Of a DNA stretch of 64,000 nucleotides, positions 12,011 through 24,873 are shown piece by piece. The DNA lies in assembly GCF_006345805.1 (NCBI RefSeq), contig NC_043016.1:32426001-32490000 (forward strand), read 5' to 3'. Below the pieces are notes generated by a model that saw only the letters and a list, made by a program, of their open reading frames with translations, did not search any database and was not told where the DNA came from. Both the position numbers and the translations under genes were made by a program. This DNA is from Octopus sinensis. Lineage: Eukaryota. The stretch's first letter is position 1. Every line of letters starts with the position of its first letter.

Positions 12011-12784
12011 ATCCATATATGTATATATACATATATATGTGGGTATATACATATATGTATGCATATATGCATATATTTATATATTATTTATATTATATAT
12101 ATATATATGCATATATTTATATGTGTATGTCTTTGTGTCTGTGTTTGTCCCCATCCCACATCACTTGACAACCAATGCTGGTATGCTTACATCTCCATAA
12201 CTTAGCGGTCCAGCAAAAGACACTGATAGAATAAGTACCAGGCTTACAAAGAATAAGTCCTGGGGTTGAGTTCTTGAACTAAAAAGCTTTTAAGGTGGTG
12301 CTCCAGCATGGTCACAGTTAAATTAGTGAAACACATGAAAGAATAAAAGAATACACACACACATGTACACATATAAACACACAAATATATACGATGGGGT
12401 TCTTTCAGTTTCCACCCACCAGATCCACAAGACCAGATCTACTCATGACGTCACACAGTGGAACTGAACCCAAAACCATTGGGTCGGAAAGCAAACCACT
12501 GACTACATAGCTATACCTGTATCTATAATGTATGACATACATGCACTTGTAATATATTGGTTTCAAATTTTGGCACAAGCCCAGAAATTTCAGGGTAATG
12601 GGCTAAGTCGATTACAGTGACCCCAGAGTTCAACTGGTATTTATATTATCGACTGTTAATGGATGAAAAGCAAAGCCAACCTCACCAGATATTGAACCCA
12701 GAATATAAGGGCAGCTGAAATGCCACTAAGCATTTTGCCTGGCATGCTAAGGATTCTGCTAGCTCACCACCTTGCATGCACCTA

Positions 12785-13180
12785 TTGTTGTTGCTGGCAT
12801 CCTTTTGTCTTGGGAGACAATGGAGTTGCGCATAAACTAATCCAGTCTGGTTTTTACATTTCATGTCCTCTCCAGTTTTGCGCAGGCCTGGGCTAAATGT
12901 AAGAAAATCCTGGGTAGCCCAATCATCAGGATTCCTTTCTCGACCTTGCTGACATAGTACAAAGGAGTGCAGAGCATTACTTTTGGCACCAGCTTGGTTG
13001 CAGAAGCTGCCGGAAGAACACTAAACCGCCTACGGGGCTCCATTCCAGATTTCTTTGAAGATTGTCTCCTTTCCGTAACCCTGGATAGGGACCCATACCG
13101 GGTACTGTCAGCTGGAGCCAGCTGAGCCCAGGACTTGTGTCAGGCAGGGTGGTCACTCCCTGAAGTAGTGAAGAAAACAG
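12785..13180 (-). mobile_element. Short non-coding element with an RTE-type 3' terminus and (CAA)n tail
   Basis: gttgttgctggcatccttttgtcttgggagacaatggagttgcgc resembles the reverse complement of RTE 3' ends as I recall them. The segment is GC-richer than its flanks. Confidence 0.45.
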
Positions 13181-13195
13181 CTACCCACTACCATC

Positions 13196-13226
<31 letters not shown>

Positions 13227-14343
13227 GCACACGACATTCACTCACCTAGAAGTGGAGGCATATGTCTTAGTGGTTAGGGTGTTGAACACATGATATTAAA
13301 ATTGTGGTTACAGTTCCTGGACTGGACAATGCACCTATAATATATGAAAAACAAATCAAAGCTTCTTCCTAAAATAGAATCACAAAATAATGCTGTTTTA
13401 AGATAATATTATTTCAAAATGAAAGAACGAATAAACACTTTAAACTGAAAAGACAAATTATGAGCAATGCCTCTTAAATAATTCAGTATTATGCAATGTT
13501 GCTATTCATTGACAATGCATTAAATTCTCTCTATACCATCTTTGTATTTCTTATTGCAATGCAGAATTTATGAAATGCTGTTCAACTACTATTTTGTTTT
13601 ATCATTGTTGCTTTTTCAAGGCTTCTAAAAATTTCCAGATGATCACAAGATAGCATCTTTTTTTTTTTTGGTGGTGGTGCGGGATGTTACCTTTGAATAT
13701 CATTTCTTTTGTGAAGAAAATGCAATATATTCTTTCTATGAATAAAAGCTGTGAAGGCATGTAGCCTAGTGGTAAAGTTGTTGCACTTCCAATTGCTAGA
13801 TTGTGGTTTCAATTCCTGGACCAGGTTATATGTTGTGTTCTTGAGCAAAACACTTCATTTCACATTGTTCCAGTTCACTCAGCCGGCAAAAATGAGTAAT
13901 CCTGTGGTGGACTAGCATCCCATCCAGGTGGGGAACTTATTCGCCATGGAACTGGTAAACCAGTCTTTATGAGTCGGCATGACTTGAGATGATAACTTTT
14001 ATTTTTACCTTTACTCAGCTGTAAAAGCATGACCCTACAGTTGACCAGCATTCTGTTGAGGGGGAATGTTGTGATTTTGGTCACTTATATGCCATGGAAA
14101 CCAGAGAAATGGCTCTGTGAGTTCCAAAACTTGAGAAAACAATGTCACAGACCCTTACTATGAATAAAAACTTAAAATAATGATTAGTAATGTATTTACT
14201 CTGCAGATGAGATGAAAAAAAAGAATAATGACGAACTTACCAACATACTATATTGCATAACAATGTAATTTGTATAATGAAGTGTTGTCTTACAAAGTAA
14301 TTACTTCACAATAAGATTATCAAGTGATGGACAATGATTATAG

Positions 14344-14731
14344 AGTAGAGATTGTTTGCCAACATAACACAGCAGTCCTGGTTTAGGATGAATGTTGCTG
14401 TAATTTAGCCTCAGAAGACATCATCTCCAGCTGGCTATATGACATGATCTGTGTCCTTATATTTTCAAACAAGGGAATCTAGCACTCCCACTCAGCTGAA
14501 AACAATATCTGTGTATTGTTTTTGAGCTGAGTGGGAGTGCTAAATGCCCTTGTTCGAAAATATTAGGACACAGATCATGTTGTATAGCCAGCTGGAGATG
14601 ATGTCTTCTGAGGCTAAATTACAGCAACATTCATCCTAAACCAGGACTGCCATGTTATGTTGGCAAACAATCTTTACTACAAAGTACTGTTGCTGAATAC
14701 CTCTCATTGAGAGATTTACATTTAGTAATTT
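14344..14731. mobile_element. Palindromic copy (335 bp, 14344-14678) of the 338-bp hammerhead-repeat family found at 50.5-51.5 kb
   Basis: Arms match each other and the 50.9-51.5 kb unit. The left arm ends at ctgtg (14509-13), the reverse complement of CACAG. Confidence 0.85.
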
Positions 14732-15217
14732 TCGATGATTATAAAATTATCAAGTGAAGGATAATGATTTTGAATTAATTATACCTGATCGTTTTACAGC
14801 AAACTATCCTACTTTGTTCTATTTGGCTGAATGACCCTTCTGTGGATGTGATCCAAGACATCTGTGTGTAGCAGCTTCTCTCGGAAGTGGTAACAGTACC
14901 CTATTGTTGGGTATTGTGTACCTCACAATACCCTTGTGGTGTATTGTGAGGTTTCTGAACTATTTTTGCAGGGGATTATCAACTGAATTGTGGAGGTGCA
15001 TGGTTTAGTAGAAAAGGGTGTAGCACTCATGATTGCGTGTTTGTGGTGTCAATTTTGACACTGGATGATGTGCTGAAAATACTTCACTTTCATGTCACTC
15101 CATCCACTCAACTGGTAAAAATAATTAATCCTGCAATGGACCAGCATCCTGTCAGGGGAAGAATATATTGGGTCATCCCATAAATAATGCAGTTTTTTTA
15201 TACTTCTTTTATTTTAT

Positions 15218-15308
15218 TAGGATGAATGTTGCTGTAATTTAGCCTCAGAAGACATCATCTCCAGCTGGCTATACGACATGATCTGTGTCCTTATATTTTC
15301 AAACAAGG
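15218..15308 (-). mobile_element. Internal fragment of the same 338-bp family
   Basis: taggatgaatgttgctgtaatttagcctcagaagacatcatctccagctggc...ttttcaaacaagg. Confidence 0.85.
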
Positions 15309-15920
15309 CCCCTCTTCCAAAATTCACGTGTCTGTGATGAAAAATACTCCTCCAGTGCTGTTCTGACCTCGTCTACAGAATTCATATTTTTTCCGTCCAA
15401 ATGATTTTGAAGACTGCGGAATAAATGATAATAAGATGGGCAATGTCCAGCGAATATGGTGGGTGGGGCATCATTTCCCATTCAAACTGCTTCAGCCTTT
15501 GGAATGTCCTTGCTGTATGTAGCTGAGCATTATCCTGATAGAAGAACACCTTTCATCTTGAAACTAAAAATGGTCGATTTTCTTCTGGCATAGGTGTCAA
15601 TGAACAATTGAATGACTAAATTCAAGCTTCTCTGCTAGTTCCTCAACTGCTATGATGGGATTTTGTTCCACCAGAGTTCGCAGGACATCCATGTTGAGCT
15701 CTACAAATCTTCCATGATGCGACTTGTCTTCTAGGCTGTAGTTTCTGGCCCAGAATTTCTGGAACCACTATTGATACTGGCTTATGTTTACTGTCCAATC
15801 CCCATATACTGCATTAATATTCCTTGCACTTTCCATTGCATTGTTGTGTTTATTGAACTCACCCCTCATTCATTGGACAATGAACTTTGCTTGCGAAGAC
15901 CTATTGAGGCAAGAGTAAAC
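15309..15920 (-). mobile_element. Decayed mariner transposase fragment
   Basis: QDNAQLHT, PHPPYS and YHLFRSLQNHLDGK...EEYFSSQTREFWKRG in shifted frames. Confidence 0.85.
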
Positions 15921-17099
15921 AAATCAAAATTACTGACATGGCCGATGACTGTACCACCTGATTGGCACTTGTGCCAGTGGAACATTAAAAGCACATTCGA
16001 GCATGATCGTTGCCAGGGTCATGGATTGGCTCCTGTGCTGGTGACATGTGAAAAGCACCATTCAAGTGTGATCATTGCCAGTGTCGCCTTACTGGCACAT
16101 GTGTTGGTGGCATGTGAAAAACAACATTCAAGCATGGTCGTTGCCAGTGCCACTGGACTAGCTCCCATGCAGGTAGCACATAAAAACACCCTTTGAGCAT
16201 GGTTGTTGCCAGAACTGCCTGACTGGGCCTCGTGCCGGTGGCATGTAAAAAGCACCCACTACACTCTCGGAGTGGTTGGCATTAGGAAAGGCATCCAGCT
16301 GTAAAAACTTTGCGAGATCAGATTGAGCCTGGTGCAGCCTTTGGCTCACCAGTCCTCAGTCAAATTGTCCAACCCATGCCAGTATGGAAAGCGGATGTTA
16401 AGTGATGATGATGATACTGAATATGCTCCTTTGTCACTTCCATTATAGCTTTGAAAAAATAACTGTTAAAATCGAACTGCATTCTTCAAAACTTGTATTA
16501 AAAATAAAGACAAGGTAAAATTACTACCTGCTTTTATAGCAAGTTGATGCAGATAGTTTATCCCATTTCCCTCTGACTTTTAGTTCATGCAGTTGAAAAA
16601 ACCGCATTAGTTATGGGAGACCCAATATATGCTACAGAATCCAAGAAACCAGCCTTATAAATCTATGGCATTGGAAAGACCTTTGATCTTTTACTTTTTT
16701 TAAAATTAACTGAACTGATGGTACCACATGAAAAAGCATCCATGTCAGTACCATGTAAAAAGCACCCATACTGGTACCATGTAAAAAAGCACTCATGGTG
16801 GTGTCACATGAGCACCTGAGTGAGCTTGTGCCATGTAAAATGCACCCATGCTGGTACCATTTCAAAAGCACCTCCGCTGGGGGCCACATAGAAGCACCCA
16901 TGCTGGCACTATGTAAAAAGCACCCAGTACACTCACTGAAGTGGTTGGCATAACAAAGGGCATCCAGCCATAGAAACCATGCCAAGACAGACAAATGGCT
17001 GACCAGTTCTTGTCAAACCATCCAACCCATGCCAGCATGGAAAATAGATGTTTAATGATTGTGATGCCATATGCCACCACTATCATCACTGCCGCCGCC

Positions 17100-17560
17100 A
17101 TCAACATGACGGTGAAGGATTTTCAAGTCTTGAAGAGGCAAATCAGTCCTTGTGGAACATTCATTGTTATGCTGAAGATGCATGCTTTCCAGGAGAGATC
17201 CTCTATAACAGTAAGATTTAGAATATGCAATATCTTTGAGGGTTATAGTTTCATGATGTCTATGTTTACATGGGGATGGAGGCACCACAGTATTTTTTTG
17301 ATATATGTAATGAAAGTGTTAATGCACTATTGAATGAATCTAGATTGGTATGATATGATTCCCATTGAAAAATGTTTCCAAGATATCTGTTCATGAAATC
17401 AGTGCAGGTTTGGAGAGAGGGTGTATAAATGCTATGGTGCAGAAAGTTATGGATTCCAGAAGAATGGAATGAGATATCATCTGAGTGGGAGTGGTCATTC
17501 CTGAAGTGAAAGCAAGTAGTTGCATTGATCTGTAAGATGAAGAGGGTTGGGAAATGAAAA
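17100..17560 (-). mobile_element. Decayed CR1/L2-group reverse transcriptase fragment
   Basis: PTLFILQIN...HSHSDDISFHSS corresponds to the YADD region. Downstream frames resemble NILGVTITEDLSW. Confidence 0.6.
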
Positions 17561-17643
17561 CCAAAGCATGCAACAACCACAGAGTTTATGTATGTATATT
17601 ATATACATATACATGCACGTATATATATGGAAGTGTATATGTA

Positions 17644-17702
<59 letters not shown>

Positions 17703-17939
17703 ATATCACTGTATCATGGTATCACTGTATCAACCAGGCTATCAGATGTTGTTATACATCACTGGTTACAATACACTTCCTTGTATCATAGTCCTTGAAT
17801 TATGCTTGTGCTATAATCTATATGTATATGTGTGTGTGTATGTGTGTGTGTATATATGTATATATGTATGTATGCATGTATGCATGTATGTATGTATGTA
17901 TGTATATGTATACACACATATATATATATGTATACATAC

Positions 17940-17972
<33 letters not shown>

Positions 17973-18528
17973 ATATATATATATGTATACATATATTTAT
18001 ATGTATATGTGTGTGTTTGTGTTTGTGTGTGTGTGCATGTGTGAGTGTGTGAGTCCTATATTACATTTATTCATTTTTAATGATTGTTGATAAACTGATG
18101 CATGCTTCAATTTATTGACTTCATTGAATGAATACAAAATAAGATCAGGTGAGAGACCTTATGGATATAGAAAGCAGCTATGGCAACTTTTGGAATATAG
18201 AGAGTATGTGTGGATAGGTGAGTGGGGATTGTGTGAATAAACAAGAAGTTTTCAGTAGGCTTCAATTCAAAACAGAGTTATTTAGAAAGAAAAATATCTA
18301 CATAGAAAGAAAGAGATATACAAATAATGAAAGAGGACAGGAGAGTGAGAGAGAAGAACCTAATGATATTAGAGCGAAAAGTGTGAGGTGGAACAGATTA
18401 TGGAAAAATGCATTACAAGTATAAAAATTCAAGGAAGTTTAAGTTACTAGGGCAACAGTCTTTAGTGTCGTAGATTCAATATAAAAGAATTATAGTTGAA
18501 AATCAGTGGTAACCTTGACCTTAATATT

Positions 18529-18900
18529 AACTGTAATTGTAAAAGACCCTTAAATGACAAGCCTAGAAAGATAAATAGTTTATGACTTCAATGAAATTTC
18601 AATAACTCATACACAATATGTAGGATTAACTGTCACCTCATTTAAAATGCTCTATAATAATCACACATACACATTCAGAAGCCTAAAAGAAAATAAAAAT
18701 GAAACTTCACTCTCCGAAATTATTTGAAAGTTAGAGGAGAATCATATTAACCATGCACTCAAAGAGAACATAATATCTGGAGCTAAGTCATATCATAACA
18801 AGAGACCATGTCATTTATACATTATGGAAATTATGGCGAACATATTTGATTAAGGTAATATCATAAATAAACACAGTAGGAAAATTGTCCTCCAAAATTT
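18529..18900 (+). pseudogene. Penelope-like element GIY-YIG endonuclease remnant
   Basis: Manual translation: NCNCKRPLND..., frameshift, then QYVGLTVTSFKMLYNNHTYTFRSLKENKNETSLSEII*KLEENHINHALKENIISGAKSYHNKRPCHLYIME (18614-18853). This follows the PLE pattern CNC...PL / YIGLT..FK.RY.NH..SF / T.LS..IW.L / CxLC..EK. Confidence 0.75.
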
Positions 18901-21089
18901 ACCTATACTTTTAAGCTCAAACATTGTAATACAGATAAAAGGACCTACACATTGACTTACCACACTCTGACTATCAACTTTTTAAACTGAGGTACTAAAC
19001 CTTTCATTGGCCTCCAAATTCAATTCTTATACATATATAGTATCTGATGTATATTTTGTTTAGTGGCATCATATTAAAAGCTTAGAACTATTACTTTTAT
19101 AATACTCCTTTATATTGAAGTCTAGTCTACTTTGAACATTAGCCTGTAGATTGCAGTAGCCATTCAACTGCCACTTACAAACCTTGTAATACATTTCCTT
19201 TTGCTGTCCATTTATTTTATTTTATTTATACACAAGTATTGGTGCTGGTGCCATGTAAAAAGCATCCAGTGCACTCTGTAAAGTAGTTGGCATTAGGAAG
19301 GTCATCAGGCTATGGAAACCATGTCACAACAGACAATTTGAGCCTTGTGCAGTTTTTTGGTTGGCCAGCTCCTGTCAAATTGCCTAACCCATGCCAGCAT
19401 GGTAAATGGAAATTAAATGATGATGATGATGATGATATTTATTCACTTAGCAGACCCACATACATTCTGCTTCCACTCCATCCTTTTTAAATAAATTCAA
19501 AAATTTTTATTCTTTTAAATTATATTGTTTACATCCATTAGTCATTTTACTCATATCAAATTCCATCTTTACCCCCATTTTAATATAGGACTTTTAACTT
19601 AATTATATAATCATTCCTCACTTATTTTATTTAACTTTAATTTGCATTTATTTTTTTTATTCAAGCTTTTCAGTTATCTCCCTTTTATTCCCAAATGCCC
19701 TTTTCTTATTTATATATATATGTAATTTAACCCTATTTCCATTTCTGTTTTTATCTCTCTGCCTCCTTTAATGCTCTATTAATATTTTAACTTTCTTCAC
19801 ATAATCCTCATTACTGTGTTTGTAATGATCCCTCACAATCTCTCTCTCTCATTTTTATAACAACCCTAATTAATCTTTATCTTCACCCATTTATATCACT
19901 TCAATTACAATAGAAATTTAATCTTTCTCCTCTTTTTTTTTATTGCCTTTCTTATAATACTTTTAATATCTTATTTTTCAAAATATAACTTTAAAATTTC
20001 TGTCCTTAATTATGTAATACCTTTAATGTAGCCTATAAATGCACCATTCCTTTTCATTTATGTTTTACCCTATAAACAGTAATTTTTTCCTTCCCCAAAC
20101 CTTTTAAACTTTATATTTAATTTTCAATTTTAAGCCTTACCATTTGCTTCAAGTCAACTAACTATCATTTAGGTATTTCCTGATTAAACCCCACTTAAGG
20201 CAGTTCTCCAGCATGGCCACAGTCAAATGACTGAAACAAGCAAAAGATAAAAGCTAAATGTTTAGCTCTAAGTAAACCATGATAAAACAGACTTGTGATC
20301 AAAAGCATTCCATCCATGACAATCTCTCTCTCTCTCCTTCTCTGCATATGTCCTATATGTTTTACACACATCAACAGCCATGACTTCCCATGCCAAAGTC
20401 TGAAAATTCATAATTTTTTTCCCCTTTGGAAACCATACAATAGTGGTTTGTCATTGCTTTTTGCTAGTTTATTTGGCATTTATTTCACTAGTCCCCAGCC
20501 TTCCTGACCTTTGACTCTGTTTAAGGGTCACCTCTGTCATAACCACACAACCTTCTCCTGCTATTTGGCCCGCAACCAGGACCCTTGACAAGTAGTGCCA
20601 TTCTGCGCCCAGAGTCAGGGCCACCTTAACACTATTCAATACATCAGTCCCATAGTATTTATTTATTGACAGTATACATAGATCATAATTTGGCCCCTAG
20701 ACCTATGTGGCCTCAGGCAACTGCTCAGTGTTCCCATGCCTTAAGATGGTACTGGCCATAGTGAATCTGGGAGTAGGGACAACTAAGGGGTAGCACTATA
20801 CTCCCCAAAGATTCCTGAACTCCTAACTCTTACCCTAACCCTGAAACCCTACAAGAGATGCAGTTTAATGCTTTCACAAGATCGTTCATTTCTATTTTGC
20901 CTTATTAACCCTTCATCTCTGCCTTGATGTGTATAGTTTCTAGCATGTCAAGTCCATCTTTGTTATAATTTATTCTTTCCTTTTTATTGCCCTTCTGTTT
21001 TTTAAAATAAACTTTTAAATTTCCTTTCTTAATTATTTAATATTAAATATATAAATATTAAATTTATATTAAATATATAAATATAACAT

Positions 21090-21570
21090 TTAATAAATAC
21101 AAGAAATGCCAATCTCTCAAAGTCGATGGAACATGTGGAAATGGGAGACCCAAGAAGACATGGGACGAAGTACTGGAGGACGACCTGAAGGAAGACACTG
21201 AACTCTTCATGCAAGATGACAGAGGACCGAGATACCTGGTGCCTTGCTATATTCAAGAAGACCCGTCCTATACAGCAAAAGTGTTAAGGGCTGGTCCCCA
21301 ACTCCCTGGTGATTAGGATTGGCCTGCAAGAGTCCTGAGCTATTGCCATGTAAAAAGCACTCATTCTGGTGCTATGTTAAAGTGCTAGTATGATACCATG
21401 TAAAAGTACCCGGTACACTCTGTAATGTGCTTGGCATTTGAAAGGGCATTCAGCTGTAGAAACCAAGCCAATACAGACAATTGGAGCCTGGTGCAGCTCT
21501 GTAGCTTGCTAGCCTTGGTCAAACTGCCCAACCCATGCCAGAATGGACAACATACATTAAATGATGATGA
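21090..21570 (+). mobile_element. RTE-clade LINE 3' fragment
   Basis: KCQSLKVDGTCGNGRPKKTWDEVL followed by the RTE 3' UTR family ending in (GAT)n. Confidence 0.75.
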
Positions 21571-21644
21571 TGACTTGACCTTTTAATTTACACAATTTTT
21601 CTTTTGTTGTTCTTTTTTTTTATCAAATCTTTTATACTTTATAC

Positions 21645-22566
21645 CAGTGCTTTTCAACTGGAGTCCACATGACCTCTGGGGGTCCATATAAATATTCTGG
21701 AGGTCCACACAAGCAAAATAGTAAATTGGACATTCACAATAGTATTCTAAGGGTCCATGAATGCAGTTTGCTTTAGAAGCACTTATTGCAAGAGACAACT
21801 AGGTTTAATATAGTTTAACATGTTTCTGGTCACTGAAACGTGTTCCATCAGAGAGGGCCACAGCCACTAGCATAACTAGGAGTGGGATGGAGGCAGTAGG
21901 GGGTGGTCTGCTCCGCGTGGAACTTTTGGGTCTGCTGTAGGTAATGTGTGTTTTTTGTGGGGTCCAGGGGTGAAAAACAGAAGGGCCACTCCGGGCGGCA
22001 AAGACCATAGCTATGCTAGCGAGCACAGCAAACCTACACAAGTGGACATGAGAAAAACAAAATAAGGATTTTGAAAGAAGTATGCCACTGCATGGCACCT
22101 TGGGCAAGTGTCTTCTACTATAACCTCAGGCTGACCAAAGACTTGTGAGTGGATTTGGTAGACAGAAACTGAAAGAAGCCCATCATATATATGTATATAT
22201 ATATATATATATACATGTGTGTGTGTGTGTGTGTGTATGTGTGTGTGTATATGCTTGTGTGTCTGTGTTTGCCACCTAATATCGCTTGACAACTGATGCT
22301 GGTGTGTATACATCCCCGTAACTTAACGGTTCGGCAAAAGAAACTGGTAGAATAAGTACTAGACTTACAAAGAATAAGTCCTGGGGTCGATTAGTTCGAC
22401 TAAAGGCGGTGCGGTGCTCAAGCATGGCCACAGTCAAATGACTGAAGCAAGTAAAAGAAAATAGAGAGAGAACTAGATCTTAAGCATCAAATGAAAACAG
22501 GGGTACACAAGAATAAAATAAGAACCAAAGAGGTCCACATGTAAAAAAGATGCTTCAAAACCACTG
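21645..22566. mobile_element. Non-autonomous hAT element with 8-bp TSD; contains a GC-rich Harbinger-like MITE (about 21866-22030) and a SINE A copy
   Basis: TIRs CAGTGCTTTTCAA / TTCAAAACCACTG. Identical CTTTATAC at 21637-44 and 22567-74. Confidence 0.85.
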
Positions 22567-24451
22567 CTTTATACAGTCTCTTAGCCTTGACCTCAAGTCT
22601 TATGTTCAACTAACTTTCACTCCAGTATGTCTCAAAACATTATTTATGAAACACTGATTATTTTCACCTCTGTCTTGACTAATTTACCTTTTAAGTATAT
22701 TTTTGTAAATGTCTCATTTATATCTATATATTGACCTACCATAAAGGGCTAATATTGGTAAAATGAGACATACTTATCTACATGGCCGAAACAGCTGTAA
22801 GATGTAATCTATACTTATATTTTTATATTTTCTTATATTTATATTCTCTTTTATATATATTCTACTTATTATACAACATTTATTTAATGTACACTTTTTA
22901 TGTACATTCCTTTATGTACACTGATTTGTTCTGCTTTTATATCTAACCCTACAGACTCTTATGTGGTGGTTTAATAAAGTATGTGATTGAGTATTATCTG
23001 GTAATTGATATTTGATTTAGATGTATTTCTCCATTTCTTATCTTGTATATATGTATATATATATATATATATCTATATATATATATAGATATATATATAT
23101 ATGTAAAGTCATAAATGACAGTGATATAGGTTGGTGAAATTTTGTCTAACAATCAGAGAATTCTAATATCACAAACAATTTTCGTAACTTAAAAGCATGT
23201 AAATAATTTATATTATTATATTTAATGATAAATAAATTACTTACATGCCTGCATTAATGTAAAATGCCAAAAAAAAACCTTTAAAACAACGCAAAATTTA
23301 AGCTATATCTTCAGGTAAAAAAAAGTTTTGTTAAATACTAAATTCTCAATCTATTAAAAATTTGTTAATTATTCTTTTTTTTTTCATTTGTTTCAGTCAT
23401 TTCATTGTGGCCATGCTGGAGCACCCCCTTTAGTCAAACTAATTGATCCCAGGACTTATTCTTTGTATGCCTAGTACTTAGTCTGTTGGACTCTTTTGCT
23501 GAACCGCTAAGTTACAGGTACATAAACACACCAGCATTGGTTGTCAAGCAATGGCGGCAGACAAACACAGACACAGACACACACACACACATATACGATG
23601 GGCTTCTTTCAGTTTCCATCTACCAAATCCACTTCCAAGGCTTTGGTCGGCTTGAGGCTATAGTAGAAGACACTTGCCCAAGGTGCCACACAGTGGAACT
23701 GAACCCGGAAACATGTGGCTGGTAAGCAAGCTTCTTACCACAGAGCCATGCCTGTAAAAATAAAATTTCAACAAAGTATTCCTCTGTCATTTATGACGTT
23801 ATACACTCCTTATAATTTTCTCTCTTAACATATTATATATTCTATATGTTTTGTATTATGATACATTAAGGAACTTTTTTATGAGTACTCCCAAATTACT
23901 TGAATCCATATAAAGTGACTTAATTTTATATATATATGTATATATATAAATTTAGATATATATATATTTTTTTTCTTTCTTTTCTTTTATTTATTTTAGT
24001 CATTTGACTGCGGCCATGCTGGAGCACCTCACCGCCTTTAGTCGTCGCCAATCGACCCCAGGACTTATTCTTGTAAGCCTAGTACTTATTCTATCGGTCT
24101 CTTTTGCCGAACCGCTAAGTTATGGGACGTAAACACACCAGCATCAGTTGTCAAGCAACATTGGGGGGACACATCCAGACACATAAACATATACACGCAC
24201 ATACACATATATATATATACATATATACGACAGGCTTCTTTCAGTTTCCGTCTACCAAATCCACTCACAAGGCTTTGGTCGGCCTGAGGCTATAGTATAA
24301 GACACTTGCCCAAGGTGCCACACAGTGGGACCGAACCCGTGGTTCGTAAGCAAGCTACTTACCACACAGCCACTCCTACACCTATATTATATTCTTTAAA
24401 ATAGAAACACTGTTGTTCCTAAATCTCTCAAAGAGAGTAGCACCACTTTGA

Positions 24452-24633
24452 AATAACAATTTTTTGCCACCCTAATGTGGCAGCCCCATTTTAGGGCGAA
24501 TGCTACTGTTGTTTAGCTCCAGGAGACATCATCTCCAGCTGGCTATACAACGTCGTATAGCCAGCTGGAGATGATGTCTCTCTGGGGCCAAAATGGGACT
24601 GCCAACATTAGGTTGGTAAAAAAAATCGTTATT
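24452..24633. mobile_element. Palindrome from a diverged subfamily of the 338-bp family
   Basis: Core gagacatcatctccagctggctatac|aacgtc|gtatagccagctggagatgatgtctc. Outer arms align with ttgccaacataacatggcag... The right arm has a deletion. Confidence 0.7.
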
Positions 24634-24838
24634 GTATATATTTTACTCTTTTACTCTCTTTTACTTGTTTCAGTCATTTGACTGCAGCCATGCTGGAGCA
24701 CTGCCTTTAGTCGAGCAATTCGACCCCGGGACTTATTCTTTGTAAGCCCAGTACTTATTCTTTCGGTCTCTTTTGCCGAACCGCTAAGTGACAGGGACGT
24801 AAACACACCAGCACGGTTGCCAAGCAATGCTAGGGGGA

Positions 24839-24873
<35 letters not shown>

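Noticed and set aside
12900-13180. HDV-like ribozyme in the RTE-related element
   Set aside because: I could not build the nested double pseudoknot by eye; it needs a covariance-model search.
19035-19095. ctgatgt...taaaagctt downstream of the GIY-YIG fossil as its hammerhead
   Set aside because: It needs at least two core substitutions; too weak to claim.
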